Virus record (IMG/VR): IMGVR_UViG_3300037483_001815
Coordinates: 1-55,761 of that record
Strand: one strand, 5' to 3'
DNA: 55,761 bases
From: a virus
Lineage: Duplodnaviria; Caudoviricetes
Positions 45,473 through 54,742 of the stretch are shown here, piece after piece; the first letter of the stretch is position 1; each line of letters opens with the position of its first letter. Both the position numbers and the translations under genes were made by a program. The notes beneath the pieces were generated by a model, which was not told where the DNA came from, did no database searches, and worked only from the letters and a program-made list of their open reading frames with translations.

Positions 45473-46186
45473 CTAGTCTCTACCTCCTTTTTTGCCATCG
45501 GTGCTTACCCCCTGTAATTCTCTGTTGATAAAAAAACGCTCCCTCACGGAGCTATCCATCCGGCGGGGCGCCCTATTCCAGTACAGCGCCATGATGGCCG
45601 GCTTGATCTCGATAATCTTGCTCAGGTCCCGGGGATCCCGCACCCAGCCGCACTGGACGATCTGGTCCAGCAGGTCAGCGGTCAGCAGGACATCCTGCAG
45701 GCAATGATCAATCACCAGCCCGTGCCGCCCTCCCTGCCACAGCTGCGGGACCAGGGCGCTGTCCCCTGACTTGCCCCGGCCGAAATTCGCCATGCACAGT
45801 TTTTCCAGGCTGAAATCACTGTGGGCCTCATCCCGGTAATTCCCTTCCAGCCCGGCTGCCAACCAGATCACCTGCTGCAGGTCATATGATTTATCAAACG
45901 GCACATCAATGCCATGGGCCGCGCACAGCCGGTTATCGAAATGCAGGTTGTTAAACCCCACCACCCGGCAGCTGCGATCAACCAGCGCCTGAAACTCCCT
46001 GAAATTATCCTCGCAAAACACCCTGGGCCGGCGGGCCTCGGCCATCTCCAGGGCACAGATACAGGCAATGCCCATGCCGGAAAAATCCTCCCAGCCGGCG
46101 CAGTATTCCACACCCGGCACCGGCTCCGTTCTCTTGCGCGGCACCCCTTTTTTGATTTCGCAGTCAAACACCATCAACCCCATCAC
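45473..46186 (-). CDS. RNase H-fold DEDD 3'-5' exonuclease-like protein
   Basis: VFDCE, GFNNLHFD, HCLQDV motifs. Confidence 0.8.
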   Translation of the reverse strand: MMGLMVFDCEIKKGVPRKRTEPVPGVEYCAGWEDFSGMGIACICALEMAEARRPRVFCEDNFREFQALVDRSCRVVGFNNLHFDNRLCAAHGIDVPFDKSYDLQQVIWLAAGLEGNYRDEAHSDFSLEKLCMANFGRGKSGDSALVPQLWQGGRHGLVIDHCLQDVLLTADLLDQIVQCGWVRDPRDLSKIIEIKPAIMALYWNRAPRRMDSSVRERFFINRELQGVSTDGKKGGRD

Positions 46187-47283
46187 ATCCCCTCCCGGCG
46201 GCAGATCACCGCCGCGCTTAGATAATTAATAGCCCCCAGCATTTCGGCCACGCCTGCATCCAGGCTCAACCGCAGGCTCTCCTCCGTTTTTTTGATCGCC
46301 TGGCCCAGGGGATACCCCAGGCCCACCCGCCGGGTGATCTCGCAGATCTTCTGCCGGTCGAACGGCTCGCCGACCTCCTTGGCGTGCCGCTCCACTCCCT
46401 TGCCGGCCTGGGCCTGGTTCAGGGCCTCCTGCAGGACCTGAGCCAGGGATTCATAGCCTGGCAGCACCACAAAGCAGGATGATGAAACACTATCCGGCGG
46501 GCCAACAAGCGGCTCGCTGGCCCGCCGGATGACTGGATGGGGGCCGGGGGGCGCTGGGACTTGTTTTTTCTCCACCTGCCGCTTGATATCCAGGCCCCGC
46601 CGGCGCCGACTCCGCATCCCCTTGGCAAACAAAATCTCCAGCAGGGCCGTTCCCACCAACTTGGCGTTGGGCGCACTGCAGTTGCACAAGCCGTAGGCAT
46701 ACTGCTCGGCGTTTTCCCGGCCGCAACAGGGGCAAGTCCCTTTGGACCTTTTCCCTTTAATCAGCGGCTCTTGCCAGAAATCCCGCAGCTGTTTAATGTT
46801 GATCTCGGACAGCAGATCAGGAGGCACCTCAAGCCACAGAGCATCCCATTCCTTTTTCCATTGGGCGGCGGGCGGGCCGCCATCCTGTTCATTTTCAGTC
46901 ATAGCAATCTCCTTTGGTTCAACAAATAATGTGGTCCAGGGAATGGTCAGTGCCAGACGGGCCACCGCCAGGGGGTCCACCGGCTTTTCCGGCCGGTCCA
47001 CCGTTAGAGGAACGCCATACAGCCGCGCCACTTCGTCCTCGCCTATCCACTCCGTATTACGATGGGGCACAAAATCCTCCCCGGCCGCTATCCTCTTCCC
47101 CGTCACACACCCCAGACAGGGGCTGGCCGGTATGGTTATGCCTCTTTTTGTGACCGCAGGCCCGGACAGAGCCTGCAGGTTCAGGCATTGCCGGATAAAG
47201 CTTTTTTTCAGTATCCTCAGCTTCTCGCCGCGATGGATAGGACACGACGGCATATCAACCGCCCCCTGGCATGATGATCCCAT
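46183..47283 (-). CDS. Multidomain hypothetical protein (Cys clusters plus conserved helical C-terminal domain)
   Basis: 366 aa; C-terminal GKGVERHA..GQAIKK..LGAINY. Confidence 0.7.
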   Translation of the reverse strand: MGSSCQGAVDMPSCPIHRGEKLRILKKSFIRQCLNLQALSGPAVTKRGITIPASPCLGCVTGKRIAAGEDFVPHRNTEWIGEDEVARLYGVPLTVDRPEKPVDPLAVARLALTIPWTTLFVEPKEIAMTENEQDGGPPAAQWKKEWDALWLEVPPDLLSEINIKQLRDFWQEPLIKGKRSKGTCPCCGRENAEQYAYGLCNCSAPNAKLVGTALLEILFAKGMRSRRRRGLDIKRQVEKKQVPAPPGPHPVIRRASEPLVGPPDSVSSSCFVVLPGYESLAQVLQEALNQAQAGKGVERHAKEVGEPFDRQKICEITRRVGLGYPLGQAIKKTEESLRLSLDAGVAEMLGAINYLSAAVICRREGM

Positions 47284-47297
47284 TTTTTTTTGCTCCT

Positions 47298-47570
47298 TTA
47301 ATGGCTGACCGCCACGGGCAGGCTGCTTACAGCCTGCCCTGTATTCTTCTTCCGCCGGCGCAGGGAAGCGGCCAGCTTCTCCAGCTCCGCCGCAACGCTT
47401 TCCGCCGTCGCATGCCGGCAGAAAATCGCCCCCACGGAAAACAAAGCCATCTGCAGAGACAGGATATAAGGCCCCTGGTCGGTCCCCTTCCTGATCTCCA
47501 CAGACTGCAACCCGTTTATATCCCTCTCTTCCATCCCCTCATCCTCCTGACCACTGTTTCCTTGCGACAT
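47298..47570 (-). CDS. Hypothetical protein
   Basis: AAGGA RBS, operon context. Confidence 0.55.
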   Translation of the reverse strand: MSQGNSGQEDEGMEERDINGLQSVEIRKGTDQGPYILSLQMALFSVGAIFCRHATAESVAAELEKLAASLRRRKKNTGQAVSSLPVAVSH

Positions 47571-47608
47571 AAACTTGCTTCCTTTTATTTTTATTTAAAG
47601 TCTCGTCC

Positions 47609-47827
47609 TCAGATCATCCAGGCCAGCAGCAGCGCAACCGCTGCCGTCACTCCCGGTAAAGGGAGATCAAAACGGCGCTGGTAACCCCGGGCCTCATCCC
47701 AGCTTCTTTCATCATCCGCATAGGTGGCCCAATCGTATAAACGCAGAACGAAAATAACCAGGGAGATGGCCCCGATGGCCATCACCCCGAACCGCAGCAC
47801 ACTTGTCATCACCACATGACTCATCAT
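47609..47827 (-). CDS. Small two-TM membrane protein
   Basis: Two hydrophobic helices; overlaps primase stop. Confidence 0.65.
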   Translation of the reverse strand: MMSHVVMTSVLRFGVMAIGAISLVIFVLRLYDWATYADDERSWDEARGYQRRFDLPLPGVTAAVALLLAWMI

Positions 47828-50457
47828 AATTCCAGCTTTCTCTCTTCACCTTCGCCGATAACCTCGGCCCACACCTTGCGCAGCCCTATGCCGCGGAACA
47901 CAGTCGGCCGGTGGCCTCCCACCCTGTGCCGCTCTTTTTTTACCCCATCCAATGACTCCAGCTGGTCGCCGAACTTACCCTGGCCAACCTTGCGGTACAG
48001 CTTGGCGTCCGCCCACTCCTTGTATTCCTTGAACAGCTCGTTTGACTCCCCATGCACATTCGGATGCAGCACGCAGCAGTCCATAACAAAGGCCAGGATA
48101 TTGTTCATTTTGGCCATGAAATCCGCCGCGTCACTGCGCAGAATCTTGTCATCGGTGAAACGCCCCTGCCTGAGCAGCCGGCGGGCGCCCTCGACGGCCC
48201 AGTTGAGGATCCCGGGCAACTCCTGCTCCCGCAGCTTGTCCCGCAGATACTTGTCCCGCTCATCCTCGGTAAAACGTCGGTTAAAGTTCAGCACCAGGAC
48301 CTTGCGCACGAAGCCAAATGCCTTATCCGTGATGGCCGGCGGGGTGTTCATGGCGAAAATACACTTACAAAAGGTACGGAAGGTGATCTGCTTGCCGAAT
48401 TTGGTATCAGAGCTGAGCAGGTCCCCGGAAATGATCTTTTTCAGGTTCTCCGTGCCGGCCACATCCTTGGTGTCCACCTCGGTGGCGCTGTTCATCATCT
48501 TGCCCCGCAGGCTGACCAGGGGGAACTGCCTGGACATGGCCTCCAGGGACAGAGCGCTGACGTTGTCCTCTCCCAGCAGCCAGGTGATGACATCGAGAAC
48601 CGTACTCTTGCCGTTGGCCCCGGTGCCGAAAAAAAAGGCGCATTTTTCAAAACGGCAGGTGGGCAGCAGCATATAGCCCATGAACTCCTGCAGCACCAAC
48701 ACCTTGCACGGCTCTCCCTGGAAAATATCATGGATGGTCTTGATCCACAGCTGGCATTCGGCATACGGGTCAAAGGCGGTGGCCACTTGGGTGCGCAGGT
48801 AATAATCCGCCCGATGCGGCAGCAGCTCGAATTTTTCAATATCCAGCATGCCGTTGGCCACATTGACCAGGTTGCCCACCTTATTCGTGGCCCAGGTCCA
48901 CTGCCTTTCCTCCATGTTGGCAAAAAAACTCAGTCCCTTGATGGCATCATTCACCCGGGAAACCTGCATCTGCGGCCCCAGGGCCACGGCCGCCACCTTG
49001 CCGACCTCCGCAGAATCGATCTCCTGCCACAGGCCGGTGCTGTATCGCCAGTATTCGCCGGCCGTATGCACCACCGGGGCCAGATACCGCTGCAGGTAAT
49101 CCATCAGCCGTTTCTGCCGGAAACTGGGCCGCTTGCCATCCACGTTTTCAAAAAATTCAGCCCATTCCATTTCCGACGGATGGGGCACGCCTGGCGCTCC
49201 CGGCACCACGTCGAACAGGGCCGCTTTTTCGTCCTCGTTCGGCTCCCGGTACTGGGTGGCCACTTTATCCGGCGGCCGCCAGTTCGGATCATACCCTTCA
49301 CAAAACTTGGCCAGCTTGGCGTCACCCGAGATAAGCAGCCTGGCGTCCTTCCAGGTCTTACCCTTGCAGGTATCGTGGAAACATTGGTAGGTGATGTGTG
49401 GCGGGGTGTCGGATGATACCAGCCCGCAACACTTATGCCCCTGGTGCTCGGCGTTGAAAACGCACTGATCAAAGGCGTACAGCATGCCGTTGCCCACCGG
49501 CTTGGTGGCGGTTACCTCGATGTTATAAAAGGCCAGATACTCATCCAGCTTGAGCTTGCCCAACTGCGGCCGGCCATCCCCCTGGCGGCCGCCCTTGGCC
49601 GCCGGCTTATTGCCGCCCCCGGCCGCCGGACTGCCGCCCTGGGCGGCAGCGGGGGCAGCAGCCGCTTTTTTCTCCGGTTCCGGGGCCTGGTCCGCCAGCT
49701 CCTGCAGCTGCTGCAGACTGATCTCCCGGACCAGCTCCAGCCGGTCCGGGGCGGACCCGGCCAGGCTGGCCCTTCGATGCGGCCGAAGCGGGGTGGAATC
49801 CCCTTTGCGGGCCATGGTGCCGTACAGCTTCCAGATCCGGCTCGGGTTATAGTTGACCTGGTCAATCTTGATCACCCCGGGCCGGCCGAACCTGGCATTA
49901 AGCGCCTGCAGCGCCTTATGCAGCATCCCCCCGGACCCGCTGATCTCCGGCGCCGGCGCCTGGTCCGGCAGCCGGTACATGATATGATAGCCGTTGCCGC
50001 TCAAAGCCCGGACGCCGGCCGGCCAGTCGCAAGTTCCCTCCAGCCAGGCGGTCAGCTCCGCCCCCACCTGGCCCGCCAGCTCCAGCTCCTCACCGGTGGA
50101 CGATATGCCGGCGGAACGAACGGGATCCACATCAACCAGCAGCCAGCGGCTGCAGACAATATCCTTGTCCGCGGCAGACATGCCATCGACACCGCTCTTT
50201 AAGCGGTTGGCGGCCCGGGCCAGCAGATCGGCATTTACCGGGTTAGCGGTGAAATAGGTCCCCTTACCGCCCGCCTTGTCGATGGCCGCGGCGGCTTTGG
50301 AGAAATCCTCGGTATTATCAAAAAAGCCGTATACCGTGCCGTTGGCCCAGCCCTCCCAAGCCGGCGAGTTACCGCGCACGCCCAGTGCCCGCAGCTCGAC
50401 CACCTCACCGGGGTGGAAAAATAGCGGGTATACCCGGCTTATCCCGTCATCAGCCAT
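47824..50457 (-). CDS. Primase-helicase, P4/D5 family (AEP-like N-terminus, SF3 helicase, C-terminal winged helix)
   Basis: VDVD..SGNGYH primase motifs; NVANGMLD D5_N; GTGANGKST Walker A. Confidence 0.92.
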   Translation of the reverse strand: MADDGISRVYPLFFHPGEVVELRALGVRGNSPAWEGWANGTVYGFFDNTEDFSKAAAAIDKAGGKGTYFTANPVNADLLARAANRLKSGVDGMSAADKDIVCSRWLLVDVDPVRSAGISSTGEELELAGQVGAELTAWLEGTCDWPAGVRALSGNGYHIMYRLPDQAPAPEISGSGGMLHKALQALNARFGRPGVIKIDQVNYNPSRIWKLYGTMARKGDSTPLRPHRRASLAGSAPDRLELVREISLQQLQELADQAPEPEKKAAAAPAAAQGGSPAAGGGNKPAAKGGRQGDGRPQLGKLKLDEYLAFYNIEVTATKPVGNGMLYAFDQCVFNAEHQGHKCCGLVSSDTPPHITYQCFHDTCKGKTWKDARLLISGDAKLAKFCEGYDPNWRPPDKVATQYREPNEDEKAALFDVVPGAPGVPHPSEMEWAEFFENVDGKRPSFRQKRLMDYLQRYLAPVVHTAGEYWRYSTGLWQEIDSAEVGKVAAVALGPQMQVSRVNDAIKGLSFFANMEERQWTWATNKVGNLVNVANGMLDIEKFELLPHRADYYLRTQVATAFDPYAECQLWIKTIHDIFQGEPCKVLVLQEFMGYMLLPTCRFEKCAFFFGTGANGKSTVLDVITWLLGEDNVSALSLEAMSRQFPLVSLRGKMMNSATEVDTKDVAGTENLKKIISGDLLSSDTKFGKQITFRTFCKCIFAMNTPPAITDKAFGFVRKVLVLNFNRRFTEDERDKYLRDKLREQELPGILNWAVEGARRLLRQGRFTDDKILRSDAADFMAKMNNILAFVMDCCVLHPNVHGESNELFKEYKEWADAKLYRKVGQGKFGDQLESLDGVKKERHRVGGHRPTVFRGIGLRKVWAEVIGEGEERKLEL

Positions 50458-50461
50458 CTTG

Positions 50462-50842
50462 TTACAGAAGCCGGAAAAGGGAAAAATGTTTGCCGGTTAT
50501 GGTCACGGCCCAGCTGACATTGCGCTGGGAAAAATGCTTGGCCCAGTTAGCCAGGATCCACAGGTCGGTTATCTTGATCGCCGGCTGACCGAGAAATCTC
50601 AACCGTCTGGCCGGAGGGGCGCTCAGAATGGCGGTGCCGCCATAGGAGATAACCGGCATCTCTTCGATGACGCCATATGCCCGCTTTAAGGACAGAATTT
50701 GCCTTTTCCTTGCCGGACAGGGTGGGTCATCGTGCTGCCGGCCGCACATGGGATAGGAAAGCCAGCCCACGGCGCCGTCAAGCGGGGCAATCTTCCGGGC
50801 AAACAGGCAGTCATCCAGGGGACACACAGGCATGGTCAGCAT
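50462..50842 (-). CDS. Hypothetical protein
   Basis: 126 aa, GGAGG RBS, Cys-rich N-terminus. Confidence 0.6.
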   Translation of the reverse strand: MLTMPVCPLDDCLFARKIAPLDGAVGWLSYPMCGRQHDDPPCPARKRQILSLKRAYGVIEEMPVISYGGTAILSAPPARRLRFLGQPAIKITDLWILANWAKHFSQRNVSWAVTITGKHFSLFRLL

Positions 50843-51078
50843 GCTGCTTCCTCCTGGCTTACTTCCACCACGACCGTTTCCGGCGGATAATCGCCGCCCT
50901 GGCGCAGCATCTCATCCAGGGCCTGCACATGATAACAGCGGTCATTACCCTTGCCGCCGCCACTTGGCGTCTTTTGCTTCTCCGCCTCTCGGATGAACTT
51001 TTCCCGGCTCATACCGCTGTAGATCGCCGCCTCGTTGATCGAAAGCCAGGGCGTCTGCACCTGTATGCCTTTCCCCAT
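50836..51078 (-). CDS. Excisionase-like HTH protein
   Basis: PWLSINEAAIYSGMSREKF. Confidence 0.65.
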   Translation of the reverse strand: MGKGIQVQTPWLSINEAAIYSGMSREKFIREAEKQKTPSGGGKGNDRCYHVQALDEMLRQGGDYPPETVVVEVSQEEAAC

Positions 51079-51079
51079 A

Positions 51080-51286
51080 TTAATTTCCTTCATCATCTTC
51101 CTCTCTTGCAAACGTCAAATTAAACCTGGCCAGTATTTTACCCCTGGGGATGCTCTGCCCGCTTTCCCAACGGGAAATCGTGCTGTCCGCCACCCCGAGC
51201 CATTTACCCAGTTCCGCCTGGGTCAGATCATGCTGCAGCCGCACCTGCAGCACCCGCTCCGGAGTCACCGGGACCCAATCAGCCAT
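51080..51286 (-). CDS. XRE-family HTH regulator
   Basis: LTQAELGKWLGVADSTISRWESGQSIP; start ATG 51286. Confidence 0.85.
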   Translation of the reverse strand: MADWVPVTPERVLQVRLQHDLTQAELGKWLGVADSTISRWESGQSIPRGKILARFNLTFAREEDDEGN

Positions 51287-51836
51287 GGCCCTCTTCTCCG
51301 CCCTTCTCCGGCTGAACCTCTTCCGCGTCGCCGTCCTTGCGGAAATTCGTGCCGGTAAACACCACCTCGCCCGCCGCATCAATACCGACATCCCGCCGGC
51401 CAATATTGATATGCAGCACCTTCCGGCCGGCATGGTTAGCCGCCCAGGAGGTCCGCATAGTCTTGGCTGCCAGAAACCGTGTAGTAAAAACCTGATCAAG
51501 GATCTCTTTCAGCCGGTTGATGCTGATCAGGGGGTGATCGCCTGCCCCAACAACAACCCCGACCGGATTAACCAGGTCCTGATCGGAAAACTTGTACAGA
51601 TCCTCATTGCCGTCCAGGATATGGCTGGCGTCCACCAGGGCAGCCACCCGCGGGTCACTGCTCACCCGCCACTCCGGACCGCCCACATAGGTGCAGCCGT
51701 GATGATCGGTGCACCAGTCCAAGCCGGCATCGTCAAAGTCCGGCAGACGATCCATGGCCTCCCGCATTACTATGCTGGCCAGCTCTTGCTGGTTTATTTC
51801 CCCTTCGATAACCGCGTTAATCCTTACCTTGGGCAT
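51279..51836 (-). CDS. Hypothetical protein
   Basis: 185 aa, GGAGG RBS. Confidence 0.7.
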   Translation of the reverse strand: MPKVRINAVIEGEINQQELASIVMREAMDRLPDFDDAGLDWCTDHHGCTYVGGPEWRVSSDPRVAALVDASHILDGNEDLYKFSDQDLVNPVGVVVGAGDHPLISINRLKEILDQVFTTRFLAAKTMRTSWAANHAGRKVLHINIGRRDVGIDAAGEVVFTGTNFRKDGDAEEVQPEKGGEEGHG

Positions 51837-51860
51837 TGCCTTCCTCCATGAACGTTTTAA

Positions 51861-51992
51861 TCAGAAAATCAACCGACCGAACCAGACCAGGCAATCAATA
51901 GCAAGCGCCATGACAACCACAAACCCGACCAAGGCCAGGTATGGAATCGCAAATTCATCTACAAAAGAGTACCTGCACCGCCGACTGTCCAT
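51861..51992 (-). CDS. Small membrane peptide
   Basis: MDSRRCRYSFVDEFAIPYLALVGFVVVMALAIDCLVWFGRLIF. Confidence 0.45.
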   Translation of the reverse strand: MDSRRCRYSFVDEFAIPYLALVGFVVVMALAIDCLVWFGRLIF

Positions 51993-51993
51993 T

Positions 51994-52230
51994 TCATTTC
52001 CCCCCGTTATGTTTTCTCGCCAACGCCTTGACCTCCGCCGACCGTGGCCCATAACGCCGGATACACGCCCCCATTTCCCGGCCCTTTTCCTCCACCGACA
52101 GACTCGCCGCCGGGTTAAGCAACCGACCAAGCAGGGCCTTGATCTCCCGCAGCTCTGCAAGTATTTCCGCTTCTGTTGGGTTCAATGGCAAACCTAATAA
52201 GTTATGGGACACTAATAAACTAAGCAACAC
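51994..52230 (-). CDS. Hypothetical protein (start uncertain)
   Basis: Helical EILAELREIKALL segment; operon context. Confidence 0.5.
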   Translation of the reverse strand: MLLSLLVSHNLLGLPLNPTEAEILAELREIKALLGRLLNPAASLSVEEKGREMGACIRRYGPRSAEVKALARKHNGGK

Positions 52231-52284
52231 CTAACACACACGGCCCACAAAAAGCGCCAGACCAGCCCACAACCGGCCCGACGC

Positions 52285-53040
52285 TTACGTTTTTTTCATC
52301 CGGACCCCGCGGAAAATAGAAATCCGGCTGCCTTGCACCCGCGGCCGTTCTTTCCTGATGCCCGGCACGGCCAGAAGATTTTCAACGAACATCCTTTCAC
52401 TCAACGACGAAGGCCGTTCCGATGCCCAATCCCGGTATGACCGATACAGTTCCAGGGTGGGGACGAAGAAGAACGGATCAAGCTCGCAACACTCCGCCAG
52501 GAAATCATGGCATTGGCGAGGGGCGGCGGGCAGCAGCGGGGCATAGTCAATGCCCGTGGCCTCGCGGGCGTTTTCCACGGCCAGCTTCCGCGCCGTGAGC
52601 ACGTCCACGCCGATCCGCTTGCAGACGCGCAGTTCGTTTTCGATGACCTTGTGCGCCAACAGGATACGCTTGGCAGCCTGGTTTCTTTCTTTGCAGCTGG
52701 AGTTGAAGCCGGCAACGGAGTAGCTGCCGATCTTGCGGATGGCGGGGAGGACCTCGTGAGTCACCCAGCGCCGGAATGGTTTGGCTTGCGGTTTGTTGGA
52801 ACGAATGATCAGGGTATAGAGTCCGGACTCGGAGATGAGATTCATTTCTCGTAGCTGGCCACCTGATGTAAGTTTTTCTGACATCAGCTCGTCAGTATCG
52901 AGACCTTCGATAGCCATTCTGGAGTTTGTATGCCCAAGAACGGCACAAACATCAGCAGCGACAAACCATAGTTCCCCCTGACCGTCGGTAATAGTCCGTA
53001 TCTCGTTTTCACTGTAATAAAACGAAACCACATCATTCAT
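52285..53040 (-). CDS. Bro-N antirepressor fused to D5-like C-terminal winged helix
   Basis: WFVAADVCAVLG, ISESGLYTLIIRSNKPQAKPFRRWVTHEVLPAIRK; C-terminus FLAECC..LYRSYRDW. Confidence 0.88.
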   Translation of the reverse strand: MNDVVSFYYSENEIRTITDGQGELWFVAADVCAVLGHTNSRMAIEGLDTDELMSEKLTSGGQLREMNLISESGLYTLIIRSNKPQAKPFRRWVTHEVLPAIRKIGSYSVAGFNSSCKERNQAAKRILLAHKVIENELRVCKRIGVDVLTARKLAVENAREATGIDYAPLLPAAPRQCHDFLAECCELDPFFFVPTLELYRSYRDWASERPSSLSERMFVENLLAVPGIRKERPRVQGSRISIFRGVRMKKT

Positions 53041-53057
53041 GCCCACCCCTCCCTCTG

Positions 53058-53101
53058 TTGTCAATTAAGGTTTAGTTATTTTTTGACTTGTCAAAAAAGG
53101 T
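53058..53101. promoter_or_regulatory. Cluster of GTCAA(T/A)(T/A)AAGGT motifs matching res half-sites
   Basis: GTCAATTAAGGT at 53060; CTTGTCAAAAAAGGT 53087-53101 identical to 36963-36977. Confidence 0.55.
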
Positions 53102-53102
53102 C

Positions 53103-53306
53103 CTATCCGGGAAATTTTTCATCCAACAATTCCCGCAACCGTTCCCGCGACGCAAACAACCAGTCTGCGGCCGGGATGCCCGTTTTTTCTTCGAGCCTGA
53201 TTGCCGTCTTCCGGCTCGGGAAAGTTCTACGAGCTAGAATATCGCAGATATAACTGCGGTTTACTGCAATTTGCCGGGATATTTCCGATTGTGTTCCTCT
53301 TTTCAT
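53103..53306 (-). CDS. Cro-like repressor
   Basis: 67 aa HTH divergent from CI. Confidence 0.8.
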   Translation of the reverse strand: MKRGTQSEISRQIAVNRSYICDILARRTFPSRKTAIRLEEKTGIPAADWLFASRERLRELLDEKFPG

Positions 53307-53346
53307 ATGCTATGTGTACAGAGCATGCAGAACATTGTCAAGAGAA

Positions 53347-53365
53347 AATTCTAGTTGCTAGAATT
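53347..53365. promoter_or_regulatory. Candidate CI/Cro operator palindrome
   Basis: AATTCTAG-TTG-CTAGAATT; related TTCTAC-GAG-CTAGAAT at 53225-53240. Confidence 0.55.
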
Positions 53366-53404
53366 GATTTTTGTTCACAAAGAAAAGTACAAGGGGGAAT
53401 GGAG

Positions 53405-54061
53405 ATGAAAACGACAGCGGCAGATTGTTTCAGAAAGGCATTATCGATTAACGTAAAAAACCTTGGAAGAGGTGGCCAATCTCGGATTGCTGATAGAGCA
53501 GGAGTTGCGAGATCGCAGGTGAATGATCTTCTGGCGGGCAGAACTGACGGTTCTGACGAAACCAGAGAAAAGATAGCCGCCGCCATCGGGATGACGTACG
53601 AAGACATGCTGGCCCTGGGCCGCCGTCTGCTGGCCGGCGAGGATGTGCTGGAAAAACCAAACGTCACGGAGGCAGCCCCGCCCCTGTGCCGGGCGCCATT
53701 GATCTCGTGGGTGCAGGCCGGCGACTGGACCGAGGCCGTGGAATACCAGAAAGCGGCCCAGTTCGTCTATGCCACCCGACCATGCGGCCCCCATACCTTC
53801 GCCCTTACCATCCATGGCGATTCCATGGAGCCGGAATTCCGGGAGGGGGACATCATCGTCGTCGATCCCGCCGTCCAGCACCGCAACGGCAGCTTCATCG
53901 TGGCGAAAAACGGCAGCAACGAGGCCACCTTCAAGCAGCTTGTCATGGACGGCGACAACGTCTTCCTCAAACCATTAAACAGCCGGTACCCGATCAAGGA
54001 CATGACCGGCATCGAATTCCGCATCATTGGCGTGGTGGTGCAGAAGGTGAAGAATTACTGA
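53405..54061 (+). CDS. cI: CI-like repressor (HTH plus S24 autopeptidase)
   Basis: HTH; PLISWVQAG cleavage site, GDSMEP serine, ATFKQL lysine. Confidence 0.93.
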   Translation: MKTTAADCFRKALSINVKNLGRGGQSRIADRAGVARSQVNDLLAGRTDGSDETREKIAAAIGMTYEDMLALGRRLLAGEDVLEKPNVTEAAPPLCRAPLISWVQAGDWTEAVEYQKAAQFVYATRPCGPHTFALTIHGDSMEPEFREGDIIVVDPAVQHRNGSFIVAKNGSNEATFKQLVMDGDNVFLKPLNSRYPIKDMTGIEFRIIGVVVQKVKNY

Positions 54062-54102
54062 CCAAAAAAAAATCACAACGGGAGAAACTGAGAGGAGTAT
54101 TA

Positions 54103-54375
54103 ATGGAACAAATTACATTATGGGCGGCAGCAATATTTGCTGGAATCTGGACCATAAACTGGATTATTTGTGCAGGGATGAGCCGCGGGCATTTCTGGTC
54201 AATAGTTGAGATCACTGCGATGTGGGCAACGGTAGGTGTATTTATCAGGCATCCGGATATTTCCAGATTTCATTTGATATGGGCGTTCCCCTTGGCTTTT
54301 ATCGCTGGCTTTATGTTGTCGGGAATACCTTTTATGGGATCACGCGCAATTCGGCGCAGAAATACGCGTGGATAA
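54103..54375 (+). CDS. Small three-TM membrane protein
   Basis: AGGAG RBS; three hydrophobic segments; AT-rich. Confidence 0.7.
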   Translation: MEQITLWAAAIFAGIWTINWIICAGMSRGHFWSIVEITAMWATVGVFIRHPDISRFHLIWAFPLAFIAGFMLSGIPFMGSRAIRRRNTRG

Positions 54376-54382
54376 CTTACCC

Positions 54383-54742
54383 ATGAAAACCATAGCCATC
54401 GTTGCCATCCTGTTCTTGTCCATGGCCACTTCGGCCCACGCCTTGCCGGAATCGCACTACCAGGACAAATGGTGCACGGAGCATAAGGGCAAAGCCGAGG
54501 TGGTGCTGCCGGACAAGACCCGCGTGGACTGCCTGACCGACAGCCACGCCGTTGAGTTTGACTTCGGCAAAAAATGGGCCGAGGCCATCGGGCAATCACT
54601 CTACTACTCATTCCAGACCGGCAAGCGGGCCGGCGTGGTTTTGATCCTGGAAAAGCCACAAGACAGAAAATTCTTTATCCGGCTGAACAGCGTCATTGAC
54701 CACTACCACCTGCCGATTGATACCTGGACAGTGACCCCATGA
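54383..54742 (+). CDS. Signal-peptide protein with PD-(D/E)xK-like nuclease motif
   Basis: MKTIAIVAILFLSMATSAHA signal; E..RVDCLT..AVEFD..WAEAIGQSLYY. Confidence 0.65.
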   Translation: MKTIAIVAILFLSMATSAHALPESHYQDKWCTEHKGKAEVVLPDKTRVDCLTDSHAVEFDFGKKWAEAIGQSLYYSFQTGKRAGVVLILEKPQDRKFFIRLNSVIDHYHLPIDTWTVTP

